From Pseudobdellovibrionaceae bacterium (GTDB lineage Bacteria > Bdellovibrionota > Bdellovibrionia > Bdellovibrionales > Bdellovibrionaceae), in NCBI GenBank assembly GCA_039810425.1, contig JBDHWW010000002.1, positions 80,516 to 144,515 of the forward strand: a DNA stretch of 64,000 nucleotides, read 5' to 3'. The notes beneath the pieces were generated by a model, which saw nothing but the letters and a program-made list of their open reading frames with translations, was not told the DNA's origin and did not search any database. Position numbers and translations under genes: made by a program. Within the stretch, counting starts at the first letter, position 1, and each line of letters opens with the position of its first letter. Below, in pieces: positions 1-9,352 of this stretch.

Positions 1-521
1 GCTGACTGCGTGATCTGTGTGTAAGACGTATCGAAAATATTCTGCCAGCGCCCAAGTTTCATCGAGCGGGAATATTCTAAGTAGGGATTCGAGATATCGG
101 CCTTGCGATTGCCGTTAGAGTTGGTGACTTCTTCCCACGAGTTGTGAAAGGGCGTTAGAACTAAAACCCCCGTTCCTGCCCGTACGCTATCATGCGCGGT
201 TAGACGATAGGCCACCGCAATGGTTCCGGCAATGGACGTGCTATTATCTTGCGAAGAAATGCCGGCGTAGTTCGGGCGAATCGGGCCAAAAGGAGTTTCT
301 AAATTCCCGCCGTTATAGCTTATGTCGGCCTTGATCGACCACTCTGATTTTGATCCGGACTCCGCCCGCAATTTGGCGTTAGTGATCTCGGCATCAAGGT
401 CCGGAATGTCCGTGGCCTGAGCCACCGTTGTGGGCTTTGGCTTATTCTCCGGTACGCTGGCATCTTGAGCTCGGGCACTCATGACTGAAAATGCCATGAG
501 AGCAACTATGTAAAGTCTCAT
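1..521 (-). CDS. Secreted/outer-membrane protein (probable beta-barrel), 3'-truncated by window edge
   Basis: Not in ORF track. ATG at 521 reads open towards position 1: MRLYIVALMAFSVMSARAQD...DLDAEITNAKLRAESGSKSEWSIKADISYNGG; signal peptide then amphipathic strands. Confidence 0.7.
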   Translation of the reverse strand, partial: MRLYIVALMAFSVMSARAQDASVPENKPKPTTVAQATDIPDLDAEITNAKLRAESGSKSEWSIKADISYNGGNLETPFGPIRPNYAGISSQDNSTSIAGTIAVAYRLTAHDSVRAGTGVLVLTPFHNSWEEVTNSNGNRKADISNPYLEYSRSMKLGRWQNIFDTSYTQITQS

Positions 522-562
522 AGAGCCTCATCATAGGACGTTCCACCGCAATGAATGTGAAG

Positions 563-1384
563 TTAAGGTCCGCATTTCGTAGCAACTTTATGGCCTACAA
601 CAGTTTTGCGATGCCCTTGCGGCTCTCCCTTTTCAAAGAGCCACAATGTCCCCGGTTCAAAGGGAACCCAGGCTTCATTATCTGTCAACGGAGCTGTTGC
701 AATGACCGCCACTTGATCGGTAGACGACGCCACAGAACTAAAGTCCACTTTGACGTCACGATCTTTAAGATGCGCCGTTGGGAACGGCGCCTTGCGAATG
801 ATATAGGAAAGTTTATCGGCCATCGAGCAATGCGCAAAAAGCTGATCACCATTTGAAAACAAGAAGTTGAACTCACCGTGCTTGCCAATTTCTTTGGTAA
901 GCGTTGCCAGAGTTTCAAAGAGCGCTTCCATGCCCGGCATTTGCAAACCATGGCGGTTACGGAATTCCTGCATGATCCAGCAAAAGGCGCGCTCACTGTC
1001 GGTACTTCCCACTGGCAAGAAAGAACCATCGAGTGTCGGTTTGAAATCCGGCACGTTTCCATTGTGTGCGAAAATCCAGTAGCGGCCCCAAAGTTCACGC
1101 ATGAAGGGATGGGTGTTTTCTAAACTCGCCACCCCTTGCGTGGCTTTGCGAATGTGGGCAATGACACTCTTTGAATGAATCGGATAGGCCTTTATGAACT
1201 CGGCCACCGGAGAATGAATCGATGCTTTGGAATCTAAAAATTGCCGAACGGCTTTGCCCTCGAAGAATGCAATCCCCCAACCATCTTTATGATCGCCAGT
1301 AAGACCGCCACGCGCTTGAAAACCGGTGAACGAAAAACAAATATCGGTGGGCACATTGCAATTCATTGCAAGAAGTTGGCACAT
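563..1384 (-). CDS. yafJ: Class II glutamine amidotransferase, YafJ family
   Basis: N-terminal MCQLL (Ntn Cys), DGWGIAF, AHIRKAT, NTHPF, FAHNG, GSTDSE. Confidence 0.9.
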   Translation of the reverse strand: MCQLLAMNCNVPTDICFSFTGFQARGGLTGDHKDGWGIAFFEGKAVRQFLDSKASIHSPVAEFIKAYPIHSKSVIAHIRKATQGVASLENTHPFMRELWGRYWIFAHNGNVPDFKPTLDGSFLPVGSTDSERAFCWIMQEFRNRHGLQMPGMEALFETLATLTKEIGKHGEFNFLFSNGDQLFAHCSMADKLSYIIRKAPFPTAHLKDRDVKVDFSSVASSTDQVAVIATAPLTDNEAWVPFEPGTLWLFEKGEPQGHRKTVVGHKVATKCGP

Positions 1385-1496
1385 ATCCCTATTCTAGCAA
1401 GATTCGGACAAAATGAAAGGATGTCCTGGGCCTTCCACCCGTCATAAGTAGGACCTTGCGGAGGGAGGTCGCCTAGAGAAACAACGAGGTGGGAAC

Positions 1497-1876
1497 GTGG
1501 TTTTGCTGTAAGCCGGATTCTGTCCCAGTCACCAGGTCCCATAAGTTTCCCGATAACCTTGGATGATCATTCCTCTAGGAGGGTCCTTACGGACCCCCTC
1601 AAGCGATCTTACCCGGAAGCTACCCACGGGTCGTGGTACTATTGCTTCCCTATTTGATCTTGCTCCGCGCAGAGTTTGGCTGTTTTCACTCCAGCGGCTC
1701 CCCCGGACCCTCCCGTTCCCGGAATCCGGCTCAATGCCCTGGACATTCTCTCTGTTCCACTGTTCCTTGCATTACTGCAGAGGGGCGTTACCCCTTGCGC
1801 TACCCTTTGGAGTCCGGACTTTCCTCCCCCCAAGAACCCCGAAAGGCCCTTTGGCGGCGATCATCCGCAAAACCGC
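1497..1876 (-). ncRNA. rnpB: RNase P RNA (bacterial type A)
   Basis: Minus strand has GAGGAAAGTCCGGACTCC near the 5' end and GACAGAATCCGGCTTACAG near the 3' end; terminal helix GGTTTTGC/GCAAAACC. Confidence 0.95.
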
Positions 1877-1990
1877 AGTTCTTCTAACACTCTAGGCCAT
1901 AAACTGTAAACCCCCAAACGCTGTTTTGAGTTCACAGGGGGCGATTTTTCTATTAATTTGGGGTTCTTCAGCTAAATAAGGATGCTACAT

Positions 1991-2434
1991 ATGAAAATTT
2001 TAGTTTCAGTTCTCGTTTTCGTGACAGCTTTGACCCTTGGCGTGAGTGCCTTGGCCGAAATGAATAAAGAAGGCGCCATCGATATGGACGGCCTTTTCCC
2101 ACCTCCTAAAAATGATATGAGCCAAAGCGAGCGTCCTGAGAAGCCGGAATTGGTGGCTCCCGTGTTTTTCGCTAAAATCGGCGCCTCTTCGGTCAAGCTG
2201 GAATGGAAGGCGTCTCCTCACGCCGAGGCTTACCACGTGCAAGTAGCAACAGACTCAAGCTTCAAATGGTTGGTCAAAGAAGAGGAGATGTTCAAAGGCA
2301 CTTCTTTGGAAGTCACTGGTCTTGAGGGTGGAAAGCACTATTTCTGGCGTGTTTCTGCGGAAAGGCCCAGCAATAAAGAAGGCCACACACATGGCTCTTT
2401 CGTGTCGTCCATGTTTGCGACTTCCGCGAAGTAG
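1991..2434 (+). CDS. Secreted fibronectin type III domain protein
   Basis: Signal peptide; SVKLEWK, YHVQVA, LEVTGLEGGKHYFWRVSA FN3 pattern. Confidence 0.8.
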   Translation: MKILVSVLVFVTALTLGVSALAEMNKEGAIDMDGLFPPPKNDMSQSERPEKPELVAPVFFAKIGASSVKLEWKASPHAEAYHVQVATDSSFKWLVKEEEMFKGTSLEVTGLEGGKHYFWRVSAERPSNKEGHTHGSFVSSMFATSAK

Positions 2435-2437
2435 TTT

Positions 2438-3211
2438 CTATTTTGTTTTATACTTAGATTTTGTTTTCGGACGGGGCAAGGTTTTTACAAAGGACCTTGC
2501 CTCTTCTTTTTCCAGCTCAGTAATCGCGCCCCAGTCTTTATTCGTGAGTGCACCAATAATCGCATAGGCAAATAGCGAATGTCTGCTCTGAGCATCCGCT
2601 TTTACGAGCTTCACCATGGTTTTTTTCCACCCGAGCTCTATGAATTGTCGAACGGTTTTAATCCCCGCTTTGCGAAATGCTTCTTCACTCTTCGGGCCTA
2701 GGTTTTTAAGATCCGAAATCTTCTTAGCTTTCTTCAAGGCATCTACGGCCGGCTCATCCGAGAACATTCTCGGCGTGCGTGTGTCGATGTTGCCGTAGTC
2801 TTCTTCTTTTTGGGCGCGCTTCTTTTTCGAAGTCTTCGGCTTCGGAACGCTTCCCCAATAGCTTGTCGGCTTCACCGCCTGAGCTATCACCTCAGTGACG
2901 AGGTCTTCGAAATTTTCAGTCTCTAGCGGAAGATAGAGCCACTTCGGCAGAATCGGATGCGGCGTTAAAAAGGGAAAGCGCGCTAACGCCTTTCCCTGAA
3001 ACTCGCGATCCACCGGAAACATACAACCATTCCATATTTCAAATGGATATTTTTGGCGCTTATAAGTGCGATTCCCCGTACTCTCAAAGGTCGCAAGAAC
3101 CATCTTGTCCTCGATATAATAGGCAAAGCCACCGAACATTGCTTTTCGGCGGTACTCGTCTTCGGGAAGAAGACCTTCAATCCATTTAAGTTCTTGGGGT
3201 TCTTTAGCCAT
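2438..3211 (-). CDS. TfoX/Sxy family protein (TfoX_N + TfoX_C)
   Basis: KAMFGGFAYY (TfoX_N); ISDLKNLGPKSEEAFRKAGI and YAIIGAL (TfoX_C). Confidence 0.8.
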   Translation of the reverse strand: MAKEPQELKWIEGLLPEDEYRRKAMFGGFAYYIEDKMVLATFESTGNRTYKRQKYPFEIWNGCMFPVDREFQGKALARFPFLTPHPILPKWLYLPLETENFEDLVTEVIAQAVKPTSYWGSVPKPKTSKKKRAQKEEDYGNIDTRTPRMFSDEPAVDALKKAKKISDLKNLGPKSEEAFRKAGIKTVRQFIELGWKKTMVKLVKADAQSRHSLFAYAIIGALTNKDWGAITELEKEEARSFVKTLPRPKTKSKYKTK

Positions 3212-3354
3212 ACATTCTTATAGCGCGGCTCTCTGTGGGCCGTCTAGGGATTGGTAGTTTCATTGCAAAGCCGCCAAAAGTTCTATCAGGACCTTAGTGC
3301 CCCTCTCGACGGCGGTTTACTTGTGGTCCCATACAAAATGAACAAAAATGGGCC

Positions 3355-4779
3355 ATGGGCTTTAAAATAATTTCTCCCGCGCAGTTAGAAATTCAGCTGC
3401 GGCGGTTTGAAATTCGTCTATCGCAATACTGTGCCGCCAGATTTAAGTGGCTCACTCCTCTGGCGGCAGCGCTTCTGGTTCTCTTAGCCTTTTGGACTAA
3501 ATCCCTGATTGAAGTAGACCCGAAGAGTTTGCAAAACTCCGGCATGTTCTTGTTTACCCACCATGCCCGTTATGTCATGCCTTTTCTTCTGGCGGGTGCG
3601 GGAATCTCTATTTTTTTCCATCGCAAAAATCGGGCGTATTATACGACAGCCGTTACCATGATCGCCTGGGCACTGAATTGCTACATGCTTTTCCTGGGTA
3701 AAGTGCCCGCGGATGTTTTCATCTGCATTCTTTGTTCCTTTCCAACGAATTGTATCTTTACATACTATTTAGGGGTCCATCGCCGCGAAGGCAGGCCCCG
3801 GGTGAGCCTTTCCATCGGCATGATCGCGTACTTTGCATTGACATGGGTTTACATCAGTACGCGACTCTACTCGCAGGATGAATATGGGCAGTTACTACTG
3901 TTTTGGAATTTCAAGCTGCAGTACATGATTCTTGTCGCCATTCAGCTGGCTTTCGCGTTTTCTCCCCGGCCGGTGGATCCATTTCTTGCTTATAATCCGG
4001 TGACAGCGGCCCACAGTATACTTTGGCCCGTCACGACTTTGTTGGCCCGGCGAAACCGCCCTGCGATTTCGCGACTCTGGTGGAATGGGTTTTGGTGCGT
4101 AATTTTGGGATATCTGATTATCTCTCTGCGCATTCAATTGGATAAATCAGACTTGGACGTTTCTAAAAATCTCTTTATTCGATCGACCTCACGCTATTTT
4201 CTGCTGATTCTATCCGACGTTGGTGTTTTCAATCTCGTGACGGGTGTTGCAAGACTTTACGGCTACCGCGCTCGCGATGCCACGAGCTTTTCTTGGTTGG
4301 CTCGAACTCCAGCGGAATATTGGCGCCGTGGCAGCGTTTACCACTACGACTTCATCAATAGATATCTTTATCGTCGGCTATGGAAACGCATCCGGATCCG
4401 ATTTGTAGTAGCTTTCATTTGTTTCTTTTTCTTCTATGTGATGAAAAATGGGGCCCTGGACGTGGGGGCCATGTTCCTAAATTGGATGGGCGCTGATATT
4501 CATGGCGCGTTTTATCGTAGCCCCGATACCCGTTACTCGGTGATTTTGTTCCTCCTGCACTTTCTATTGCTGTACACGACTCAGAGGTATTGGTTTTTTG
4601 AATGGTCACACCAAAAGAAAGTTTGGCAATCGTGGGCCTCGGTTCTCGCAACCTATGCCCTGCAAATATCGGCCATTGCTCTAGCCGTTGTATTGAACAC
4701 TCATGGCCATCAATGGTTGATGCATCTTTGGAAAATTCTTACTTTATTTGGGTCAGGGGGCGATCTAAAGCTTCTGTAA
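3355..4779 (+). CDS. Divergent MBOAT-family membrane-bound O-acyltransferase
   Basis: Multiple TM helices; ARTPAEYWRRGSVYHYDFINRYLY resembles MBOAT S..EFWRRWH....F..YVY; candidate His in LFLLHF. Confidence 0.6.
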   Translation: MGFKIISPAQLEIQLRRFEIRLSQYCAARFKWLTPLAAALLVLLAFWTKSLIEVDPKSLQNSGMFLFTHHARYVMPFLLAGAGISIFFHRKNRAYYTTAVTMIAWALNCYMLFLGKVPADVFICILCSFPTNCIFTYYLGVHRREGRPRVSLSIGMIAYFALTWVYISTRLYSQDEYGQLLLFWNFKLQYMILVAIQLAFAFSPRPVDPFLAYNPVTAAHSILWPVTTLLARRNRPAISRLWWNGFWCVILGYLIISLRIQLDKSDLDVSKNLFIRSTSRYFLLILSDVGVFNLVTGVARLYGYRARDATSFSWLARTPAEYWRRGSVYHYDFINRYLYRRLWKRIRIRFVVAFICFFFFYVMKNGALDVGAMFLNWMGADIHGAFYRSPDTRYSVILFLLHFLLLYTTQRYWFFEWSHQKKVWQSWASVLATYALQISAIALAVVLNTHGHQWLMHLWKILTLFGSGGDLKLL

Positions 4780-5551
4780 CTTTCTTCACTTTAGACATCA
4801 TGCTTTTGAAATCATCAAAAGTCAGCGCTTGAGGTCCATCTGATAGCGCTTCCGCAGGACAAGGATGTACTTCCACGATAACGCCGTCAGCACCCGACGC
4901 CGCCGATGCAATTGCAAGATCTGGAACTAGGGCGCGGATCCCCACCGCATGTGACGGGTCGACAATGACTGGAAATGACGTATTCTTCTTTACGTAAACG
5001 ACCGCATTTAAATCTAGAGTGTTACGAGTCGCCGTTTCAAATGTTCGAATTCCGCGCTCACAAAGAATGACGTTTTCGTTACCACCGTTTGTGATGTACT
5101 CCGCTGCTTTAATCCACTCATCGATCAGGGCGGCGAACCCACGCTTCAAAAGGACCGGTTTGTTCTGCCTGCCCAGTTCTTTTAAGAGCGAGTAATTAAA
5201 CATGTTCCGCGCACCCACTTGAAACATGTCGACGAAATCATGGACCTCTTCGACTTGCTCCGCGTCGGTAATTTCCGAAACGAGACCCATGTTCGTTTCT
5301 TTTAAAACTTCTCGAACAAAATCAAACGAGCTTTCTCCCAAACCTTGAAAGGTCTTCGAAGACGTGCGCATCTTCCAAATCCCCCCGCGAAGTAAGCAGG
5401 CCCCATTGGATTTCACTGTCTGGGCTGTATCTAGAAACTGTTTTTTACTCTCGATGGAACAAGGGCCCGCAATGACTGAAAAGCTTTCGCCGCCGACTTC
5501 TACATTTCCGTAAGCAGTTCTAATTTTCACAACGCGGGTGAAGGGATTCAT
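4739..5551 (-). CDS. aroF: DAHP synthase, type I-beta, catalytic barrel only
   Basis: IAGPCSIE, RGGIWKMRTS, QVGARNM, LLKRG, CERGIR, VDPSH, EVHP, SDG. Confidence 0.92.
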   Translation of the reverse strand: MNPFTRVVKIRTAYGNVEVGGESFSVIAGPCSIESKKQFLDTAQTVKSNGACLLRGGIWKMRTSSKTFQGLGESSFDFVREVLKETNMGLVSEITDAEQVEEVHDFVDMFQVGARNMFNYSLLKELGRQNKPVLLKRGFAALIDEWIKAAEYITNGGNENVILCERGIRTFETATRNTLDLNAVVYVKKNTSFPVIVDPSHAVGIRALVPDLAIASAASGADGVIVEVHPCPAEALSDGPQALTFDDFKSMMSKVKKVTEALDRPLTQIK

Positions 5552-5731
5552 ATAATAAGTATCGGTAAATATTAAACTTACCTCAAGCGCTCTCTCGCTG
5601 AAATGAACAGAGTTAACATCGCCGGCTACTTTTAAAATGTGAAGCCCGCACTAGGTCTAGCACCCAATCACTTTTTGCGCTGGTTTTTCGTACCGAGGAG
5701 TATAATAATTACTAAACAGTGAGAGGGAATC

Positions 5732-6028
5732 ATGAGCAAAAACGATACAGCACTGGCCATCTATGAGCTGAGAAATCAGATCGACCTGATAGACAATCAA
5801 ATTGCTGAAGCCCTGAATAAGCGCGCTGCCATCGTCGAAGAAGTTTGGACACTGAAACAGCAAAGCCAGCTCCCTTTTATTGATCAAGGCAGGGAAAACG
5901 CCATCTTCGCCCGGGTTCGCTCGATCGCAAAAGAGCCTCTGACGGCGGACTCCATGCAAAACATCTTTCAATGCATTCTCCACGAAGTCCGACCAAGAAT
6001 TAAGAGTGCAAAAGCCAAATCAGGATAA
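5732..6028 (+). CDS. Chorismate mutase type II (AroQ-like), stand-alone
   Basis: LRNQIDLIDNQIAEALNKRAAIVEEVWTLK...IDQGRE; SD GAGGGA; TATAAT at 5701. Confidence 0.85.
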   Translation: MSKNDTALAIYELRNQIDLIDNQIAEALNKRAAIVEEVWTLKQQSQLPFIDQGRENAIFARVRSIAKEPLTADSMQNIFQCILHEVRPRIKSAKAKSG

Positions 6029-6031
6029 AAA

Positions 6032-7504
6032 GTGGTCGCTAAAAACGTAAAGAAAAAAACACCCTTTGAAGTCGAGCCTGGCTTCTACCTAGAAGACAAC
6101 CGCAACCAACGGGCTGTCGTCCCCGTCACCAAAGAAACTCTTGAAACCAAACACGCAGCCATTATGCCTGAATGGGTGGTCGAAGGAAAAAGCGTACTCG
6201 ATTTGGGCTGCTGCCTGGCGGCTACGGGACATTGGTGTCTTTCTTATGGCGCAAAAAAGTACACTGGCGTGGAACTCCAGCCCGTCTATGCCAAAAAAGC
6301 CAAAGAGCTTCTTGGCAAGCATTGGTCTAAGGATCAGTTTAAAATTGTCCAATCGGAAATTTCTGATTTTCTCGATGAAGTCAAAAAAGATGAATACGAT
6401 ATCGTGATGATGGCTGGCGTGCTTTATGTCTTCCTCGACTACTTCTCAGTTCTGGAGAAAATGGCCTATGCTTCGAAGGAATGGGTTCTGCTGGAATCCA
6501 TCATGCCACAAAAAAATTTAGATCCAGAAACTCCATATGTCGAATTCGTGAACAAGCAAACCATCACCTTACCGAACGGGCAAGAACGCGCACGCGGTAT
6601 TGGCAGTCGTGTGAGTCCCGGCGGCTTAAAGATGGTTATGGAGCACTTTGGTTTCACAAGCCAAGAGGGTATTATTACCCCGGCTGCGGTTAAAGACACT
6701 CACGATGCTTTCAACGAAGTAATTCCGGGTTGGAAATCTCCGGTGCGTTTTATGATGCGCTTTCAAAAAAGTGGCGCAAAAGTCGCGGATTTATCCACCG
6801 AGCTCAAAACGGGTAGATTCAAACAGCCTAAAGCCGGCTTCGACTCCTACAAGCCCGGAACGAAATTGAAAGCCGGCTCTTGGCAGTTTAACGACATAGT
6901 CGCCGATGAGTTTGAAAATATCGCACTGACTTCGATTCCCCGCTACAAAGAAGTCATCGGCATGTGTGTCGAACTCGCCGCCAAAGCATATCCGGATAAA
7001 AAGTGCCGTGTTCTGGATGTGGGTTCTGCCATTGGCAAAACCATGGACGAATTCCATAGCAACGGATTCAAAGACGTTTGGGGCGTTGAAAAGTCCGAGG
7101 CCATGATCAAGGGGTCTAAATACCGTGATCATGTTATTCACTCCGACACTTTCCCGCCTGGCCAAAAGCCCTTCCACATAGTGTGCGCGAACTGGACACT
7201 TCATTTCGTGAAAGAGCGCCGGGCTTATTTGAAAGATATCTACAATGGCCTGGAGAAAGATGGCTTTTTAATTTTGTCTGATAAAACTCAGGGAAATCCA
7301 TTTCTTCTTGAGCTGTATCATGATTTTAAGCGCCGAAATGGCCTGACAGAGCAGCAGATTGCAGACAAAGCGGAATCTATCAAAGGGGTTCTGGAACCTT
7401 ATCCTTTGACTTGGTATTTGGTCGAATTGAAAAACATCGGTTTTAACGAGGTTCACGTGATCAATGCCTACTATCACTTCACAACCTTTTTGGCGCGCAA
7501 GTAG
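6032..7504 (+). CDS. Two-domain class I methyltransferase: N-terminal CmoB-like, C-terminal CmoA-like
   Basis: Domain 1 VLDLGC...YDIVMMAGVLY; domain 2 WQFNDIVADEF...SIPRY, VLDVGSAIG, NWTLHF, YHDFKRRNG..EQQIADK, collinear with CmoA. Confidence 0.75.
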   Translation: MVAKNVKKKTPFEVEPGFYLEDNRNQRAVVPVTKETLETKHAAIMPEWVVEGKSVLDLGCCLAATGHWCLSYGAKKYTGVELQPVYAKKAKELLGKHWSKDQFKIVQSEISDFLDEVKKDEYDIVMMAGVLYVFLDYFSVLEKMAYASKEWVLLESIMPQKNLDPETPYVEFVNKQTITLPNGQERARGIGSRVSPGGLKMVMEHFGFTSQEGIITPAAVKDTHDAFNEVIPGWKSPVRFMMRFQKSGAKVADLSTELKTGRFKQPKAGFDSYKPGTKLKAGSWQFNDIVADEFENIALTSIPRYKEVIGMCVELAAKAYPDKKCRVLDVGSAIGKTMDEFHSNGFKDVWGVEKSEAMIKGSKYRDHVIHSDTFPPGQKPFHIVCANWTLHFVKERRAYLKDIYNGLEKDGFLILSDKTQGNPFLLELYHDFKRRNGLTEQQIADKAESIKGVLEPYPLTWYLVELKNIGFNEVHVINAYYHFTTFLARK

Positions 7505-7548
7505 TTTTATATTGATCGCTAAATTTGTTTTTGAGACAGTTTATATCT

Positions 7549-8247
7549 ATGGAAGCAGCTAAAGTAAGAGCCTCACGCAGAAGTATTTGTATTTTGTGGC
7601 ATTTGAAATCGAAAAGAATTCTCTGCGTGACTCGCTATACTAGTACCGCCCAAGCACTGATGTCTTCCGGAATGGAGATGGGTTTTAATATTGTGTCTAG
7701 GGCCAAACCCATCCTCCACTCCGAAGACCGTGTCGAGCGTTTAAGACGTATCCCGCCGGAAGAACTCCCGAACTATCTTTTCCATCGCCAGTCCGGGACC
7801 ATCGTAAAAATTGAGAATCCAAAGCCCCTCACAGAAAAACAGAAAAATGCCTGCATTCTGCTCGCCGGCCGCGCTCGTTATCTTCGACGGGTCACTCGGG
7901 TGGTGAGTCAGGCTCGTAAACGCGTGGCGCCTTCTGAGCTCTATGGAGCCTTCGTTGACCAGATTCGCCGCGAACAAGCGTTGAAGTTCCGTGCATCCGG
8001 GTATGACGAGGCTTTGATTCAAGAATGCCTTTTCGTATTTCAGTATGCCCAAGTGAAGAAGATCACGGCACGAGCGGCGGCTGATGAGATCATCTTCCGC
8101 TTTAGCTTGTTTGAAGCTGACCTGTGGAAAACAGAAGAAGTGAAGTTGAAATATTACGACCTCTTTGCCAATGCCGCAAATTTAGAAGACCTTCATGATA
8201 TTTTTCAAGATTTTATCAGGGAGTACTATTTAAATGCCCGTGTCTAA
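7549..8247 (+). CDS. Hypothetical protein, probable paralog of 10383..10955
   Basis: ORF in operon, overlaps next start; N-term ILWHLKSKRILCVTR, C-term ANAANLEDLHDIF. Confidence 0.7.
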   Translation: MEAAKVRASRRSICILWHLKSKRILCVTRYTSTAQALMSSGMEMGFNIVSRAKPILHSEDRVERLRRIPPEELPNYLFHRQSGTIVKIENPKPLTEKQKNACILLAGRARYLRRVTRVVSQARKRVAPSELYGAFVDQIRREQALKFRASGYDEALIQECLFVFQYAQVKKITARAAADEIIFRFSLFEADLWKTEEVKLKYYDLFANAANLEDLHDIFQDFIREYYLNARV

Positions 8248-9349
8248 AAATATTTATATTTATAATCCCATGCTCATTACGAAGAAAAAGCTGCAGGATC
8301 TGCCGGGAATCCGGGCTTTTCGGCATGTGTTACATCTTTTCAATGAAAATGTTGTTTTGGTCGATCGCACCAATACCATTCAGGTGCCTGTGAATGTCAC
8401 GGTTCACGCTCCAATTCCGGAGTTTCGTATGATTGACAAGTCTTACGAACAAATTTGTGATGAGCGTGCCCAGGAACTGCTTCACCGGTCGGATGAACAT
8501 GATTTACCGATCAATGTGTTCTATTCGGGCGGCATTGATTCCACTCTCGTTCTGGTTTCTCTCTTAAAAAATGCGACGGAAGCGCAGAAAAATCGCATCT
8601 GTGCTTTTATGTCCCAAGAATCTATCAACGAAAATCCCGCTTTCTACCGCGATCACCTCCGCGGCAAAGTCAAACTCGAGGCGGCCGCAATTTATCCCTA
8701 CGCGCTGTCTAAGCGAGCCCTATTTGTCGGTGGTGAGCACAATGATCAAATCTTTGGGTCGGCATTATTTAAAGACTTCCTAGACCTCCATGGTGAAGAT
8801 GCCCTCGCGAAGAAATACAGCCGTAGTCAAATGGGGCAAATGTTTGGTCGAAAATGGCACAATGATGTCGTGATCTCTTGGTATATGGACCTCTTTGAAA
8901 AAGTGCGTGCGGCGGCTCCTTGTCCGGTGGATTCCAATGCGGATTTCCTATGGTGGATTAATTTTTCTTTAAAGTGGCAGTCCGTTTATTTCCGAATGCT
9001 AACTTATGCTTCGGACTTTGTGATTCACAACATTGATCGAGATTTCATTGATAATAACTTCTTTCATTTCTATGGTACTGATGCTTTCCAGCTCTGGTCC
9101 ATGGGGAATCCGGATAAGCGTGTCGTGACGAAATGGGAGTCTTACAAGCAAGAAGCAAAAGATGTGATTTATCGCTTTAATAAAGATTCAGAGTATCGCG
9201 ACTATAAAACAAAAAATGGCTCACTCGCATGGGTGATTATGCATCAGATCCAAAAGAACTTTATTGATGATCAAATGCATATGTACATGACTTTGCCGCG
9301 TAAGGATTGGTTCAATCCCAATAATAGCTTTAGGGACGCTCCATTTTAG
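8234..9349 (+). CDS. Asparagine-synthetase-like adenine nucleotide alpha hydrolase (no glutaminase domain), copy 1
   Basis: PP-loop YSGGIDST, GGEHNDQIFG, WWINFSLKWQ, HFYGTDAFQLWS, YKQEAKD. Confidence 0.75.
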   Translation: MPVSKNIYIYNPMLITKKKLQDLPGIRAFRHVLHLFNENVVLVDRTNTIQVPVNVTVHAPIPEFRMIDKSYEQICDERAQELLHRSDEHDLPINVFYSGGIDSTLVLVSLLKNATEAQKNRICAFMSQESINENPAFYRDHLRGKVKLEAAAIYPYALSKRALFVGGEHNDQIFGSALFKDFLDLHGEDALAKKYSRSQMGQMFGRKWHNDVVISWYMDLFEKVRAAAPCPVDSNADFLWWINFSLKWQSVYFRMLTYASDFVIHNIDRDFIDNNFFHFYGTDAFQLWSMGNPDKRVVTKWESYKQEAKDVIYRFNKDSEYRDYKTKNGSLAWVIMHQIQKNFIDDQMHMYMTLPRKDWFNPNNSFRDAPF

Positions 9350-9352
9350 AAT

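Noticed and set aside
563..1384. YafJ as the missing glutaminase subunit of the AsnS-like pair
   Set aside because: About 7 kb away and separated by rnpB and unrelated genes; no evidence of linkage
1563..1909. Four short ORFs on both strands
   Set aside because: They overlap the RNase P RNA; GC-rich structured RNA produces spurious ORFs
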